Shown here: positions 30,801 to 40,154 of the stretch, piece by piece
How the letters are laid out: each line of letters starts with the position of its first letter
Position numbering within the stretch: the stretch's first letter is position 1
Source of the DNA: Sedimentisphaerales bacterium
Lineage (GTDB): Bacteria; Planctomycetota; Phycisphaerae; Sedimentisphaerales; Anaerobacaceae
Direction of reading: 5' to 3'
Assembly (NCBI GenBank): GCA_963708075.1
Contig: OY970194.1
Location: forward strand, 5,824,001 to 5,888,000
DNA: 64,000 bases
Translations under genes and position numbers: made by a program
Notes under the pieces: generated by a model
Databases searched by the model: none
The model's input: only the letters and a program-made list of their open reading frames with translations
What the model was told of the DNA's origin: nothing

Positions 30801-32159
30801 CCACATTACGATGGAGGGATGGTTGCCGAACGCCTGGATGATCCGGGTCAGCTCCGTGTCGAACTGCTTTGCGGATTCCTCGGTGCGCACGATGTCGGGG
30901 TCCTTGGTGCCGATGTAGCGGTCGCCGCTGGGCATGTCCTGCCAGACGAGCAGGCCGAGCTTGTCGCACCAGTAATACCATCGGTCCGGCTCGACCTTCA
31001 CGTGCTTGCGGGCCATGTTCATGCCGAGCTTCTTCGTCACTTCGATATCATATTTCAGTGCCTCATCCGTCGGGGCGGTATACAGCCCATCCGGCCACCA
31101 CCCCTGATCCAGCGGCCCATACTGAAACAGCGGCTTGTTGTTCAGGAACAGCCGCAGGGTCCCATCCTCATCCTTCCCCAGCGCAATCTTCCGCATGGCG
31201 AAGTAGCTCTTCACTTCATCCACCACTTTGCCGTCTCGTTTGAGCGCGACCTTGAGATCGTAGAGGAACGGGGAGTCAGGAGACCAGAGTCTCGGGTTCG
31301 GAACAGAGAGGTCGCATTTGCCATCGCGCGAACCGGTGGCCGAGGCGATTTGGCGGCGCTCCACGAAGGCTGTAGCTTCCACAGTGAATTCGCCCTCGTC
31401 CTTATCGCTGCCGACCTCGACGTGCAGCACGCCGGCGTCGATGTCCGGCGTCAATCGGAGTTGAACAATCCCCGCGGAGACCGGTTCGAGCCAGACGGTT
31501 TGCCAGATGCCGGTGACGGCGGTGTACCAGATGCCGCCGGGCTTGCGGACCTGCTTGCCGCGAGGCTGGGTGCCCGCGTCGGTCGGGTCCCACACCGAGA
31601 GGACGATTTCCTGGTCGCCGTCCGATTTCAGCGCGTCGGTGATATCGAATGTGAATGGGTCGTATCCGCCTTTATGATTGCCGACCTCCTTGCCGTTGAC
31701 CCAGACGGTGGCGTCCCAATCCACGGCCCCGAAGTGCAGCAGGAGGCGTTTCTTGTCGGCCGTCCACTTTTCGGGAACAGTGAAGGTTCGGCGGTACCAG
31801 AGGCGGTTGTCGGGTCCGACGGGCTTCATCACGCCGGAAAGGGCCGACTCCACCGGGAAGGGGACAAGGATCCGGCCATCGAAGCTGTCCGGCCGGGACG
31901 CGTCCTTCGGCTTGATCGCGTAGTCCCACAGGCCATTGAGGTTGAGCCAGTTCTCGCGGACCATCTGCGGCCGGGGGTACTCCGGATGCACCTTCTCCGG
32001 CGAGACGTCCTTCGCCCATTTCGTCATCAGCGGCCCGTCCGCCGGCTTCCAGGCCGCCTGGGCAGACAGGCAAAGGTGCAGAATGGCCGCCCCTGTAAGA
32101 AGGACAGACACGGGACGGGCGAAAAATGTTTCGCCCCTACAAGCGGGACTCATGACCAT
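27801..32159 (-). CDS. GH2 glycoside hydrolase fused to a glutaminase-GtaA-like (DUF4964/5127/4965/1793) module and a C-terminal galactose-binding-like domain
   Basis: EYPRPQ, LDQGWWPDG, VPFNEGWGQ, GEFGG (GH2); PLVAVDPYFSIWS, MPVEESGN, QLCTDDFAGH, YTKLDW (GtaA-like); AGGAGG RBS. Confidence 0.88.
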   Translation of the reverse strand: MVMSPACRGETFFARPVSVLLTGAAILHLCLSAQAAWKPADGPLMTKWAKDVSPEKVHPEYPRPQMVRENWLNLNGLWDYAIKPKDASRPDSFDGRILVPFPVESALSGVMKPVGPDNRLWYRRTFTVPEKWTADKKRLLLHFGAVDWDATVWVNGKEVGNHKGGYDPFTFDITDALKSDGDQEIVLSVWDPTDAGTQPRGKQVRKPGGIWYTAVTGIWQTVWLEPVSAGIVQLRLTPDIDAGVLHVEVGSDKDEGEFTVEATAFVERRQIASATGSRDGKCDLSVPNPRLWSPDSPFLYDLKVALKRDGKVVDEVKSYFAMRKIALGKDEDGTLRLFLNNKPLFQYGPLDQGWWPDGLYTAPTDEALKYDIEVTKKLGMNMARKHVKVEPDRWYYWCDKLGLLVWQDMPSGDRYIGTKDPDIVRTEESAKQFDTELTRIIQAFGNHPSIVMWVPFNEGWGQFDTPRVVDMIRKLDPTRLVNNASGWTDRGVGDVMDIHQYPGPAVPRIEEKRAVVLGEFGGLGLPLPGHTWQAEKNWGYRSYKTAEELTDAYLTLIRRLLPMTGQPGLSAAVYTQTTDVEVEVNGLMTYDRAIIKMDAERVAAANKGLYTPPQPRRAEGDRLIPPATPLVAVDPYFSIWSPADKLADEDTVHWTGKPHRLTSMVRIDGKPYRVMGANPGNVPPMKQTSLTVLPTRTIYTFEGAGITLTLTFMTPALPDDIDVLSRPVTYLTYESRSTDGKTHEVQVYLDASGEIAVNTGNQEVTWSTEGMDDLVASKIGSKDQPILAKRGDDIRIDWGYLYIAAPTSAVSSRFFAGRGMVQDGFATNGLRSVTGSLEAPTTADGLCAAVALQVDKVSKKPVTRWLMLAYDDLYSIQYMQKNLRPYWRRNGWEAADLLKAAAKDYKSLKKRCAAFDQELMADLTKAGGEKYAKLSALAYRQCFAAGKFVADGNGQPISFCKENHSNGCIGTSDVFYPMAPQFLLFGPSVAKSFLVPFMNYAVSERWKFPFAPHDLGQYPHANGQRYGGGERTEENQMPVEESGNLLILMAAVAQMEGNADFAGLYWPRLEQWAEYLKAKGFDPENQLCTDDFAGHLAHNVNLSVKAICGLGAFAKLCDMRGDKAKAAEYSKIAKEFAARWVKEADDADHFRLAFDKSGTWSQKYNLVWDRILGLNLFPPEVARKEMDFYRRTQNKYGLPLDNRSLYTKLDWILWTATLTQNRADFEAIVDPVYLFLNETPDRSPMTDWYFTNNARKRGFTARPVVGGVFLQMLYDKAVWKKYAGRDKTKAANWAPMPKPPVLVTVAPTAQDEPVTWRYTTQRPGDGWFKPEFDAGAWKEGKNGFGTEGTPGAIVNTVWNTRSIWLRREFTLPEGKWDNIGLNVHHDEDVEIYINGVQAATANGYTTGYEPLPVNGAAKAALKPGKNLIAVHCRQTGGGQYIDVGLVEVREQR
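32117..32140. repeat. GTAG-class REP inside coding sequence
   Basis: GGGCGAAAAATGTTTCGCCCCTAC within the signal-peptide codons of the GH2 fusion. Confidence 0.8.
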
Positions 32160-32241
32160 GATGTGACCTCCTGTTTTCAAATTTGAAATTTGAGATTCGA
32201 AATAGGAGGGTATCGCATGGCCACTATGTTTTCAAGGGCCA

Positions 32242-32299
32242 GTAGGGGTGAAACATCTTTCACCCGCCCCCGGTACGGGCGAAAAATGTTTCGCCCTAC
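32242..32299. repeat. GTAG-class REP doublet
   Basis: GTAGGGGTGAAACATCTTTCACCC...GGGCGAAAAATGTTTCGCCCTAC. Confidence 0.8.
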
Positions 32300-32525
32300 T
32301 TGAAATCCTGGGCCGGATTCGGTATCAATGGGTGACAGAGGCGCCACACGTCAGACCCGATCAGGAACGCCGTGCCGGCAACGCGTTGACAACGACATAC
32401 CCGCGGCAGCAATCACCAGGCGATACCCGTGCACGTTGGCAGAAAGAGCGTAGTGAACCGTTAAGGCGGTCTTCGCGAAGCCTTGAAGATCATAGTGTCG
32501 AGTTTTCCATGTAGGGAGGACGGCC

Positions 32526-35141
32526 ATGTGTAGAACGGTGCTCAGTCTGATGAGTTTCGCGCTGTTGCTGGGGACAGCCCGGGCCTCAGCGGACATCCAC
32601 AATGACCCGGACCTTGTCATTCACTACAGTTTCAATGATTTCGACCGCATCGTGCCGGACGAGTCGGGCAAGGGTCACGACGGCACGACCCAGGGCGATG
32701 TCGCCCCATTTGGTGAGCCGCATCATCGGGCGGCCAAGTTCGCCGGCAAGAGTGGAGCAGCCGGGTTCGGCTATTTCGACCTGGATGGGGAGAACTTCCC
32801 CGCCCAGGACATCCCGCGCACCGGCATCACCCTTGCCGCCTGGGCCAAGTGCGACAACTCGGGCGACCACCACGCCCTTTTCAATGCCCGGGCCAATGAC
32901 GCGACCTGGGTCACCCACCCGGAGCTTCGCAGCAACAACGAGTTCCGATGGCTGCTCCGCGCTGCCGGCAGTGCCGTGATCTTCGACATCCGGGCGCCGG
33001 GCGTCGTGTGGGGCGAATGGCTTCACTATGCCGGCATGTACGACAAGGCCACCAGCAAGGCGGTCCTGTACATCAACGGCAAGATTGCCGGTCAACAGAC
33101 CATCGCCAACGCCCCGGAGATCGCGGGCGATTGGGGCAAGGGGGCGCGGGTCGGAATCAATGTGGATAATGCCCGGCCCTTCACCGGGCTCATGGACGAG
33201 CTGTTCCTGTTCAAGCGGGCCCTGACGGAGACCGAGCTGAAGGAGGCGATGCAACTCCCGCCGCAACTGAAGGCCTACGGGCCGAATCCGCGCGATGGGG
33301 CGGCAAATGTGGTCATGCCGGTGCTTGAGTGGAAGGTGGGTGACACGGCGGTGCTTCACGATGTATACGTCGGCACCAACCCGGAGCTGAGCCTCGCCAC
33401 CCGTACTCGTACCACGCAGACGAAGCTTATCCTGGGCCTCAGCTCGGTATTCCCCATACTTCCAGGCACAACATACTATTGGCGAGTGGATGAGATCGAG
33501 GGCGACGGCACGACGGTTCATGAGGGCGATGTCTGGTCCTTTACCACGGCGTATCTGACGGCCTATGACCCGTCTCCCCGCAACGGCGCCAAGTGGGTCG
33601 ATACGGAGGCGGACCTCTTCTGGGTCACCGGCGCGGATGCCCTGTCACACGATATCTATTTTGGGACGGACAAGGCGGCTGTCGAGGCAAACGCGCCCGG
33701 CACGCTCAAAGCCAACCAGGCCACAACGACGTACGATCCCGGCACGCTGGTCGAGAACACCACGTACTACTGGCGGGTCGATGAGCGCACTGCTGATAAC
33801 GTGGTGCGTCGGGGCGAGCTCTGGAGCTTCACCACCATCGGTCCCGGCACAGGCGTCGTAGCCCAGTATTTCAAGGGGACGGAACTCGAAGGTATGCCCT
33901 TACTGACCCAGGTGGAAGGCCCGATCAATTATGACTGGAGCAGCGGGGTGGTCGCCGCCGGGCTCAGCGACGGTGTCTCGGCGCGCTGGACGGCCGACCT
34001 CGAAGCCCCGTTTACAGAGGCCTTCCAACTCATTACCACCAGCGACGACAGGGTCCGGCTCCGCCTGGACAACCGGCTGATCATCAACAACTGGCGCGAC
34101 CACGGCAGCACGGACGACCTGGTGAAGGTGGACCTCGTCGCCGGGCAGGTCTATCGCCTGCAGATGGAATGGGCGGACAACACCGGAAATGCAATCGCGA
34201 GACTGTGGTGGCAGAGCCCGTCGATTCTCCGGCAGATCATCCCGGCCGGCCCGCTGCAGTTGCCGGTCCGGGCCACCGGCCCCTACCCGGGCAACACCGC
34301 CCCGGGCGTGACGCAAGCGCCGATATTCCATTGGATCGCCGGTGACAAAGCCACCGGGCACGAGATCTACTTCGGCCGGGACCCGAATGCCGTGGCGAAT
34401 GCCACGACCCCCGTGGCCCGTCAGGAACGCGACGATGTGAGGTACGATCCAGGGACTCTGGAGTGGGGCGCGACCTACTACTGGCGAGTGGATGAAGTCA
34501 ATGCCGCTGATGCCGCCAGTCCCTGGAAAGGAAGCCTCTGGAGCTTCACCACGGCTGATTTCATCGTCGTGGACGACTTCGAAAGCTACACCGACGATGT
34601 TGGCCGGCGGGTTTTCCAGACGTGGATCGACGGGTACGGCTACACCGAGCCGGTAGTGGTCGAGGGCAATGGCACAGGGGCGACGGTTGGATACATCGAC
34701 CCGCCCTTCGCCGAGCAAAAGATCGTGCATACGGGCATCCAATCGATGCCGATGGCTTATGACAACACGGCCTCGCTATATTATTCTGAGGCCGAGCGGA
34801 CCTGGGCGACCCCGCAGAATTGGACGGTGAATGGCGTCGATACCCTCGTGCTATACGTGCGAGGCAAACTGACCAATGAAGCCGGTCCGTTGTACCTGGC
34901 CGTCGAGGACAACGCCGGAAAGGCCGGCGTTATCACCCATGCTGACGCGGCGGCTGTCACTGCCACGCAATGGTTCGAGTGGAAGGTCCCGCTCAGTGAC
35001 TTGACCGCGGCGGGCGTGAATGTCAAAGCGGTCAAGACGATGTCCATCGGCGTGGGTAACCGCACGGCTCCGACCAGGGGCGGGGCGGGAAGCCTCTACA
35101 TCGATGATATCCGGGTGATCAAGGGGACTCCGGGACAGTAG
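32526..35141 (+). CDS. Secreted LamG + PA14 multidomain protein with YYWRVDE repeats
   Basis: Signal peptide, LamG (EWLHYAGMYD..LYING..FTGLMDE), three HxxYxG..YYWRVDE..WSFTT repeats, PA14 (SARWT..TTSDD), C-terminal VDDFESY domain. Confidence 0.85.
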   Translation: MCRTVLSLMSFALLLGTARASADIHNDPDLVIHYSFNDFDRIVPDESGKGHDGTTQGDVAPFGEPHHRAAKFAGKSGAAGFGYFDLDGENFPAQDIPRTGITLAAWAKCDNSGDHHALFNARANDATWVTHPELRSNNEFRWLLRAAGSAVIFDIRAPGVVWGEWLHYAGMYDKATSKAVLYINGKIAGQQTIANAPEIAGDWGKGARVGINVDNARPFTGLMDELFLFKRALTETELKEAMQLPPQLKAYGPNPRDGAANVVMPVLEWKVGDTAVLHDVYVGTNPELSLATRTRTTQTKLILGLSSVFPILPGTTYYWRVDEIEGDGTTVHEGDVWSFTTAYLTAYDPSPRNGAKWVDTEADLFWVTGADALSHDIYFGTDKAAVEANAPGTLKANQATTTYDPGTLVENTTYYWRVDERTADNVVRRGELWSFTTIGPGTGVVAQYFKGTELEGMPLLTQVEGPINYDWSSGVVAAGLSDGVSARWTADLEAPFTEAFQLITTSDDRVRLRLDNRLIINNWRDHGSTDDLVKVDLVAGQVYRLQMEWADNTGNAIARLWWQSPSILRQIIPAGPLQLPVRATGPYPGNTAPGVTQAPIFHWIAGDKATGHEIYFGRDPNAVANATTPVARQERDDVRYDPGTLEWGATYYWRVDEVNAADAASPWKGSLWSFTTADFIVVDDFESYTDDVGRRVFQTWIDGYGYTEPVVVEGNGTGATVGYIDPPFAEQKIVHTGIQSMPMAYDNTASLYYSEAERTWATPQNWTVNGVDTLVLYVRGKLTNEAGPLYLAVEDNAGKAGVITHADAAAVTATQWFEWKVPLSDLTAAGVNVKAVKTMSIGVGNRTAPTRGGAGSLYIDDIRVIKGTPGQ

Positions 35142-35246
35142 GCCTTCGGTTCAGAAAATCGAGTTTCTGAAGATCAGGCGGGGCCGGTGTTCAATCACGC
35201 CGGCCTCGCCTCTCTTTTGCGCTCCAGCGTCGGCGGCGAAAGCTTT

Positions 35247-35275
35247 TTGACATTGAATGCAGGGACCGGTATACT
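35247..35275 (+). promoter_or_regulatory. Sigma70-type promoter of galM
   Basis: TTGACA-17 bp-TATACT. Confidence 0.7.
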
Positions 35276-35316
35276 CTTGCGATTATTCCGACTTTTCGGC
35301 AAAGGAGAAAAGGTCT

Positions 35317-36360
35317 ATGAACGCTCACACGGACCCCTTCGGGCGAATGCCCGACGGGCAGGAAGTGCACATCTACACGCTCACCAACTCCAAGGGCCTG
35401 CGGGCCAGAATCACGAACTTCGGCGCCACCCTCGTGTCCATCGAAGTGCCCGACCGGCACGGCAACCTGAGAGACGTTACCCTGGGATTCGACAGTCTTG
35501 ACCCATACATCAAGCCCAACGCCTATATCGGGGCCACGGCCGGCCGGTACGCCAATCGGATCGCCAACGCGAGGTTTGTCCTCGACGGCGTCGAATACAA
35601 GCTGACGGCCAACGAGGGACCCAACCAGTTGCACGGCGGCAAGGTCGGCTTCGACAAGAAGTTGTGGAGCACCCAGGAGGCCGTGGCTGCTGAAAACGAG
35701 GCCTGGGTCAAGATGACGTACCTCAGCCCCGACGGCGAGGAAGGCTATCCGGGCAACCTGCGCTGCACGGTCAGTTACGTCCTCACGAATGACGACGAGC
35801 TTCGCATCAGTTACGAGGCCCAGACCGATAAGAAAACCGTCGTGAATCTGACGAACCACAGCTATTGGAATCTCGGAGGGCCCGATAGCGCCAACATTCT
35901 CCGCCATGAGCTGATGATCAATGCCGGCAAGTTCACGGCGATCGACAAGAGCCTGATCCCTACGGGCATGATCGCCAGCGTGCTGGATATGCCCCTCGAC
36001 TTCACCCGGCCCCGGTTCATCGGCGAGCGCATGCACCATCTCGGCAAAGGCTACGACCACAACTACGTCCTGCGGGGCGACGCCAAGGCCATGAAGTTCT
36101 GTGCGAAGGTGCGCGAGCCGGAGAGCGGGCGGGTCATGGAAATCCATACCACCGAGCCAGGCGTCCAATTCTACACGGGCAACTATCTCGACGGCTCGCT
36201 GATCGGCAAGGGCGGCAAGCCGCTCAATAAATATGCGGGCTTCTGCCTCGAAACCCAGCATTTCCCCGATTCGCCGAATAAGCCGTCTTTCCCATCCACC
36301 GTCCTGGCGCCCGGTGAGAAGTTCACCAGCACAACGGTGCACAAGTTCTCAGTCGAGTGA
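35317..36360 (+). CDS. galM: Aldose 1-epimerase (galactose mutarotase)
   Basis: GRYANRI, LHGG, NLTNHSYWNL, GYDHNY, CLETQHFPDS; AAGGAG RBS. Confidence 0.93.
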   Translation: MNAHTDPFGRMPDGQEVHIYTLTNSKGLRARITNFGATLVSIEVPDRHGNLRDVTLGFDSLDPYIKPNAYIGATAGRYANRIANARFVLDGVEYKLTANEGPNQLHGGKVGFDKKLWSTQEAVAAENEAWVKMTYLSPDGEEGYPGNLRCTVSYVLTNDDELRISYEAQTDKKTVVNLTNHSYWNLGGPDSANILRHELMINAGKFTAIDKSLIPTGMIASVLDMPLDFTRPRFIGERMHHLGKGYDHNYVLRGDAKAMKFCAKVREPESGRVMEIHTTEPGVQFYTGNYLDGSLIGKGGKPLNKYAGFCLETQHFPDSPNKPSFPSTVLAPGEKFTSTTVHKFSVE

Positions 36361-36427
36361 CCCGATTGTGGGGTACTTGTTTAGCGTGGAGCCTCCCGTT
36401 CACCTGGTGGCACCGCCATAACTCGTT

Positions 36428-36610
36428 GGGTTCGTCCCATCTTCTTGAGATCTGAACTACCGCAGGAGCACCCCCCTCCCGGTCGCCGAATCATCGAGGA
36501 TTGGGCCTCGCCCGAGGATCTCAGGGGCGCTGCCCCCGGGGGGACGGTCAGAACCTGCGGTCTCGGCGCTCATTGCCGACAGTCCAATCTCAAGGACTTG
36601 GGACGTTGCC
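36428..36610. mobile_element. MITE-like non-coding element
   Basis: 24-bp imperfect terminal inverted repeats (18/24 match) flanked by direct repeat AACTCGTT at 36420-36427 and 36611-36618. Confidence 0.55.
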
Positions 36611-36659
36611 AACTCGTTTGACGGTGCTCATTCGACAGTGTTTTGACCCTTCGAGACCC

Positions 36660-36689
36660 CACGGGCAAACGAGTCTGCCCGTGCCACCC
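36660..36689. repeat. GGGTGGCA-class REP singlet
   Basis: CACGGGCAAACGAGTCTGCCCGTGCCACCC hairpin. Confidence 0.6.
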
Positions 36690-36749
36690 GAGTTGAGCCT
36701 TCCGGGCCAAACACGTGCATTGCGAATTGCTGCCTCAATCCGCAATCAC

Positions 36750-38180
36750 TCACGCCAGGTACAGTCTATCTGCCGACTGGATAGGGGGAATTTTGTCCCG
36801 CTTGGTCTTGAGGTCCTGGGGCTCAAGGGCGAAGCTCGGGGCGATTTCGAGGATGCAGTCGGGGGAACCATCCTTGCGGCGGGGGACCTCGATTCCTGCG
36901 GATTCGAGCCACTTGGCCGCCCTCTCGGTCATCATCCGGCGGGTTGTCTCGACGCTGTCGGGTCCCGTTGCGTTCTTGGTGGGGGCAAATTGCTCGCTGC
37001 GCTCGATTTCGAGGATCACCGAGCGCTCGGCTATCGGCAAGGCATCGAAAATGAAGGATTCGAGCTTGATGCCGTTGGGCTCCTGTGGATCGATGTAGTT
37101 GCCCTGCAGGTCGATGCACTTGATCTTCTTGTCGGCCCTGTGCAGGGGCAGGGAAAAGCCCTCCGTATTGAGCTTCTCGATGAAGGTCCGGTTGATAATG
37201 TGGATGGCGATGCTGCCGAGGTGGAAGGCCAGCGAGCCATTTGGATTGCATTTTTCCGCGAGATGGTCGGGCAAGTCACTGTACTCGATGACTGTCATTT
37301 TGCCGTCGATGAGGCAGAAATTGCCCACCTTCTCTTTCGGGTCATTCTTTACGACCGCCTTGGACGACATCTGTGCCTCGTCGAGGGCGTGCAGACCGAT
37401 AAAAAGCGGGTCAAACGGCTTGACCAGGGGGTTATCCACCTGCCAATAGCTCAGGTATTCGATGCCGCGTTCCTCCATGTCGGCCAGGGCTCCGCTGCGC
37501 TGGAGGGCCCTGATGCACCCGCCGTGGCCGTCGGGGGAACGGGCGATTTCGGCCTTGTCGGCCAGCAGGATCCGGGCCTCAAAGTCGAAGTTGGGCAGGG
37601 TCCCCTGCTGAAAAATGAAGATATTTCGCGGATCCAGGCCGTAGAAGCGGTTGGATTCGAAGATACGGACCGTTTCCGCGTGGTTCATGGGGCTGGTCAT
37701 GATATACCAGGGGCAGGTCGTCCTGTAGCGCCGGGATACCGCTGCAATCGTCTCGGCGAAGATCTGGAAGAGGGTCTTGTGTTTGAGTGGGCTGATGGGG
37801 TAGTTGCCTTTAGGCCCGTCATACCCCAGCCGGGTCCCCTGGCCGCCGGCAACCAGCAGGCCAGCCACTTTGCCGGCCGAGATCAGTTCATTGCCCAGCC
37901 GGATCGCCTGAGCGTACTTCTGCCGTTCCTGATCATTACTCGGCTGAGGGCTGTACGATGAAGCCGGCTCGAAATCCATCTGCTGGACAGGATGCTCGGG
38001 GCGGGCCTTGATGAGAGTCTCCACCCACGGGCAGATTCTTGCCCAATCCAATTCCCGGACCTGCTCGATCAGGGCCTCTTTCCGGTCGGAGTTCAGTTCC
38101 GGCCAGAAGGTCAGCAGATGCTCCTGGTGATGCCCGGAAAGCTCGTTCCGGGCCTGTTCGAACTGTTTTTCATCCATCAT
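36750..38180 (-). CDS. UDP-N-acetylglucosamine pyrophosphorylase, UDPGP type 1 family
   Basis: VAGGQGTRLG..PKG, SPDGHGG, QVDNPL, IEYSDLP, KLESFIFD, FAPTKN. Confidence 0.9.
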   Translation of the reverse strand: MMDEKQFEQARNELSGHHQEHLLTFWPELNSDRKEALIEQVRELDWARICPWVETLIKARPEHPVQQMDFEPASSYSPQPSNDQERQKYAQAIRLGNELISAGKVAGLLVAGGQGTRLGYDGPKGNYPISPLKHKTLFQIFAETIAAVSRRYRTTCPWYIMTSPMNHAETVRIFESNRFYGLDPRNIFIFQQGTLPNFDFEARILLADKAEIARSPDGHGGCIRALQRSGALADMEERGIEYLSYWQVDNPLVKPFDPLFIGLHALDEAQMSSKAVVKNDPKEKVGNFCLIDGKMTVIEYSDLPDHLAEKCNPNGSLAFHLGSIAIHIINRTFIEKLNTEGFSLPLHRADKKIKCIDLQGNYIDPQEPNGIKLESFIFDALPIAERSVILEIERSEQFAPTKNATGPDSVETTRRMMTERAAKWLESAGIEVPRRKDGSPDCILEIAPSFALEPQDLKTKRDKIPPIQSADRLYLA

Positions 38181-38264
38181 GCAGGTACTCCAAGTCCTTA
38201 GGGAATGGATATTAGAGCAAGCGGAAAAAATTTCAAGTTTAGCTGGCAAAATGGCGAAATTTTA

Positions 38265-38293
38265 TTGACACTGCCTTGTGGCCGTGCTAAGAT
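38265..38293 (+). promoter_or_regulatory. Sigma70-type promoter upstream of prepilin array
   Basis: TTGACA-17 bp-TAAGAT with TGn extension. Confidence 0.6.
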
Positions 38294-38662
38294 TGCCAAT
38301 GAAGGCCGGTAGGTTCGAAAAAAGGCCGTTATATTATAATTCCAGTTTCGTCATCATATTCCGTTTCGTCTGTCATATCTGAACCTGCCAGCCTGAGTAG
38401 ACGCTGTGGGCAACGTACCGTGAGGAGCATCAAAATTCGTGCCCGCACTTGAGATTCCGATAAAACGCGGTGTTTCTGTGCATTTGGATCGGCCGTTTTT
38501 CTCATGTAACCAAGGTCTATGACACGGGGTTCGCAAAACGGATATTCTGTGGTCGGGCGGCAGGAGCACTTATTCGTTAACATCGTTAGATTGGCCAAAC
38601 AAGTTCTGTAGTAGAAGAACGGCCGGACTGCGAATCTCAACAGAAGTGAAAGGAGAAAAGCA

Positions 38663-39604
38663 ATGAGAAGAAAAGGTTTCACCCTCGTTGAGCTGTTGGT
38701 GGTTATCGCCATCATCGCTCTGCTGATGGGCATTCTGATGCCGGCATTGGCGCGTGTGCGTCAGTTGGCATTCCGAATGACCTGCGGCACCAACCTGTCG
38801 GGTATCGGCAAGGCCATGCTGATCTACGCCAACGACTATGAGGATGAGCTTCCTCGAGCCGGCGGCCGTAACGGCGTATGGGGCGCCACGCCGGTCTGGA
38901 ATGGGTTGTCCCGCAACCTGGCGTTCAACATTCCGGCCACTGGCGAAGGCGGCACGGCCTCGATCAGCTCGTGCTTCTACCTGCTGGTCAAGTACTCGGA
39001 AGTGACGCCGAAGTCGTTTATCTGCAAGGGCGATGCCGGCACGAGCGAGTTCAAGCTGTCCGAGCAGCCGGGCCTGACGACCAACTTTGAGTTGATCGAT
39101 GCCTGGGACTTTGGCGCGCCGGCGGAGGCGTTGAAGCATTGCAGCTACACGTACCATGTTCCATTCTCGATGTATGCGTTAACGACCTCGAATGAGCCTG
39201 GCTTTGCGGTGGCGGCGGATCGCAACCCGTGGATCAACAGCCCTGCGGGCACGGCACAGGCGTTTCCCGGCACTCCCCCATTCAGGCCCGATGTGGTGTA
39301 CCCCGGTGGTACGGCGGGCACCAGCGATGAGGCCAAGAGGGGCAACACGGTTGGCCATCAGCTTGACGGCCAGAACGTGCTGTTCTTGGACAGCCACGTG
39401 GAGTTTGCCAAGAGGTCATACTGCTCGGTTGAGGATGACAACATCTACACGAAATCCACGGACACAACCGGTCGCGGCAGCATCATGGGAGCGTTCCCTG
39501 GAGCTGCTTCGGGCCTGGAGCCGACCAATCGTAAGGATTCCCTCCTGGTCCACGATCCGGATAACTTCGCCAGCGGCGCTGGTGGCGGCACGAAGAAACG
39601 CTAA
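38663..39604 (+). CDS. Prepilin-type N-terminal cleavage/methylation protein (DUF1559-like), copy 1
   Basis: KG|FTLVELLVVIAIIALL, C.TNL..IG.A..IY.ND, H-x9-DS motif (HQLDGQNVLFLDSH). Confidence 0.92.
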   Translation: MRRKGFTLVELLVVIAIIALLMGILMPALARVRQLAFRMTCGTNLSGIGKAMLIYANDYEDELPRAGGRNGVWGATPVWNGLSRNLAFNIPATGEGGTASISSCFYLLVKYSEVTPKSFICKGDAGTSEFKLSEQPGLTTNFELIDAWDFGAPAEALKHCSYTYHVPFSMYALTTSNEPGFAVAADRNPWINSPAGTAQAFPGTPPFRPDVVYPGGTAGTSDEAKRGNTVGHQLDGQNVLFLDSHVEFAKRSYCSVEDDNIYTKSTDTTGRGSIMGAFPGAASGLEPTNRKDSLLVHDPDNFASGAGGGTKKR

Positions 39605-39639
39605 TTGCGTCAGTGTTTGATTGCGTACTTTGACAAGTG

Positions 39640-39678
39640 AAAGGCGGCCTCGGGAAGTTTCCAGGGGCCGCCTTTTCT
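39640..39678 (+). terminator. Intrinsic terminator after prepilin copy 1
   Basis: AAAGGCGGCC...GGCCGCCTTTT stem plus U-tract. Confidence 0.7.
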
Positions 39679-40154
39679 CTGTAACGTGTTCTTTGAAATC
39701 ACGCCGGATGATTGAGTCCTGACGATCCACGAATATATGTCGAGGGAGGCCATCCCGGAAGCGGGTGTCCTCAGGGTATCCACGAGGCGACAGGGCGGTC
39801 ACATTGCCATCTATATATAAGCCATCATCATCCATCATTCCTTCTTTTCTTTCATCCTCGGCCCGGACTCGCGCGACAAGGTTTCCCTCAATCCGTCGGA
39901 CTTCCACGAATCTCACTATTTGTCCTGAGTGAGAGCGCTTGCTCTACAGGGACAGGCAGGCCGCCTTCAGTGAGTTCCGTCGGACCGAAGCAGGTGTCAT
40001 AGTCAGTGCAGCTATCATATCCACGTCGTTTCTCATCTCTTTCGCTTTGACCTGTCTCGGTCAACACGGCCTTTCCGATCCCAGCAGTGCCGCATTTCAG
40101 AGATCTCGCCGATGAGATCGTCTCGCTGCGCTCCTAAGGAACTGACCTCAATAG

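Noticed and set aside
30099..32186. Long antisense ORFs (for example 695 aa here, 553 aa opposite gnd, 507 aa opposite GH78)
   Set aside because: Shadow ORFs expected from high-GC codon bias opposite clearly identified genes
36655..36720. GGGCAAAC resembling a c-di-GMP-I riboswitch
   Set aside because: Part of a simple REP-type hairpin; lacks GAAA loop and second stem; lies between convergent gene ends
36750..38180. Eukaryote-like UDP-GlcNAc pyrophosphorylase as a novelty
   Set aside because: This family is already known in bacteria including planctomycetes
39416..39916. Minus-strand ORF between prepilin copies 1 and 2
   Set aside because: Runs through the terminator into copy 1 and has no recognisable motif; at most a fragment
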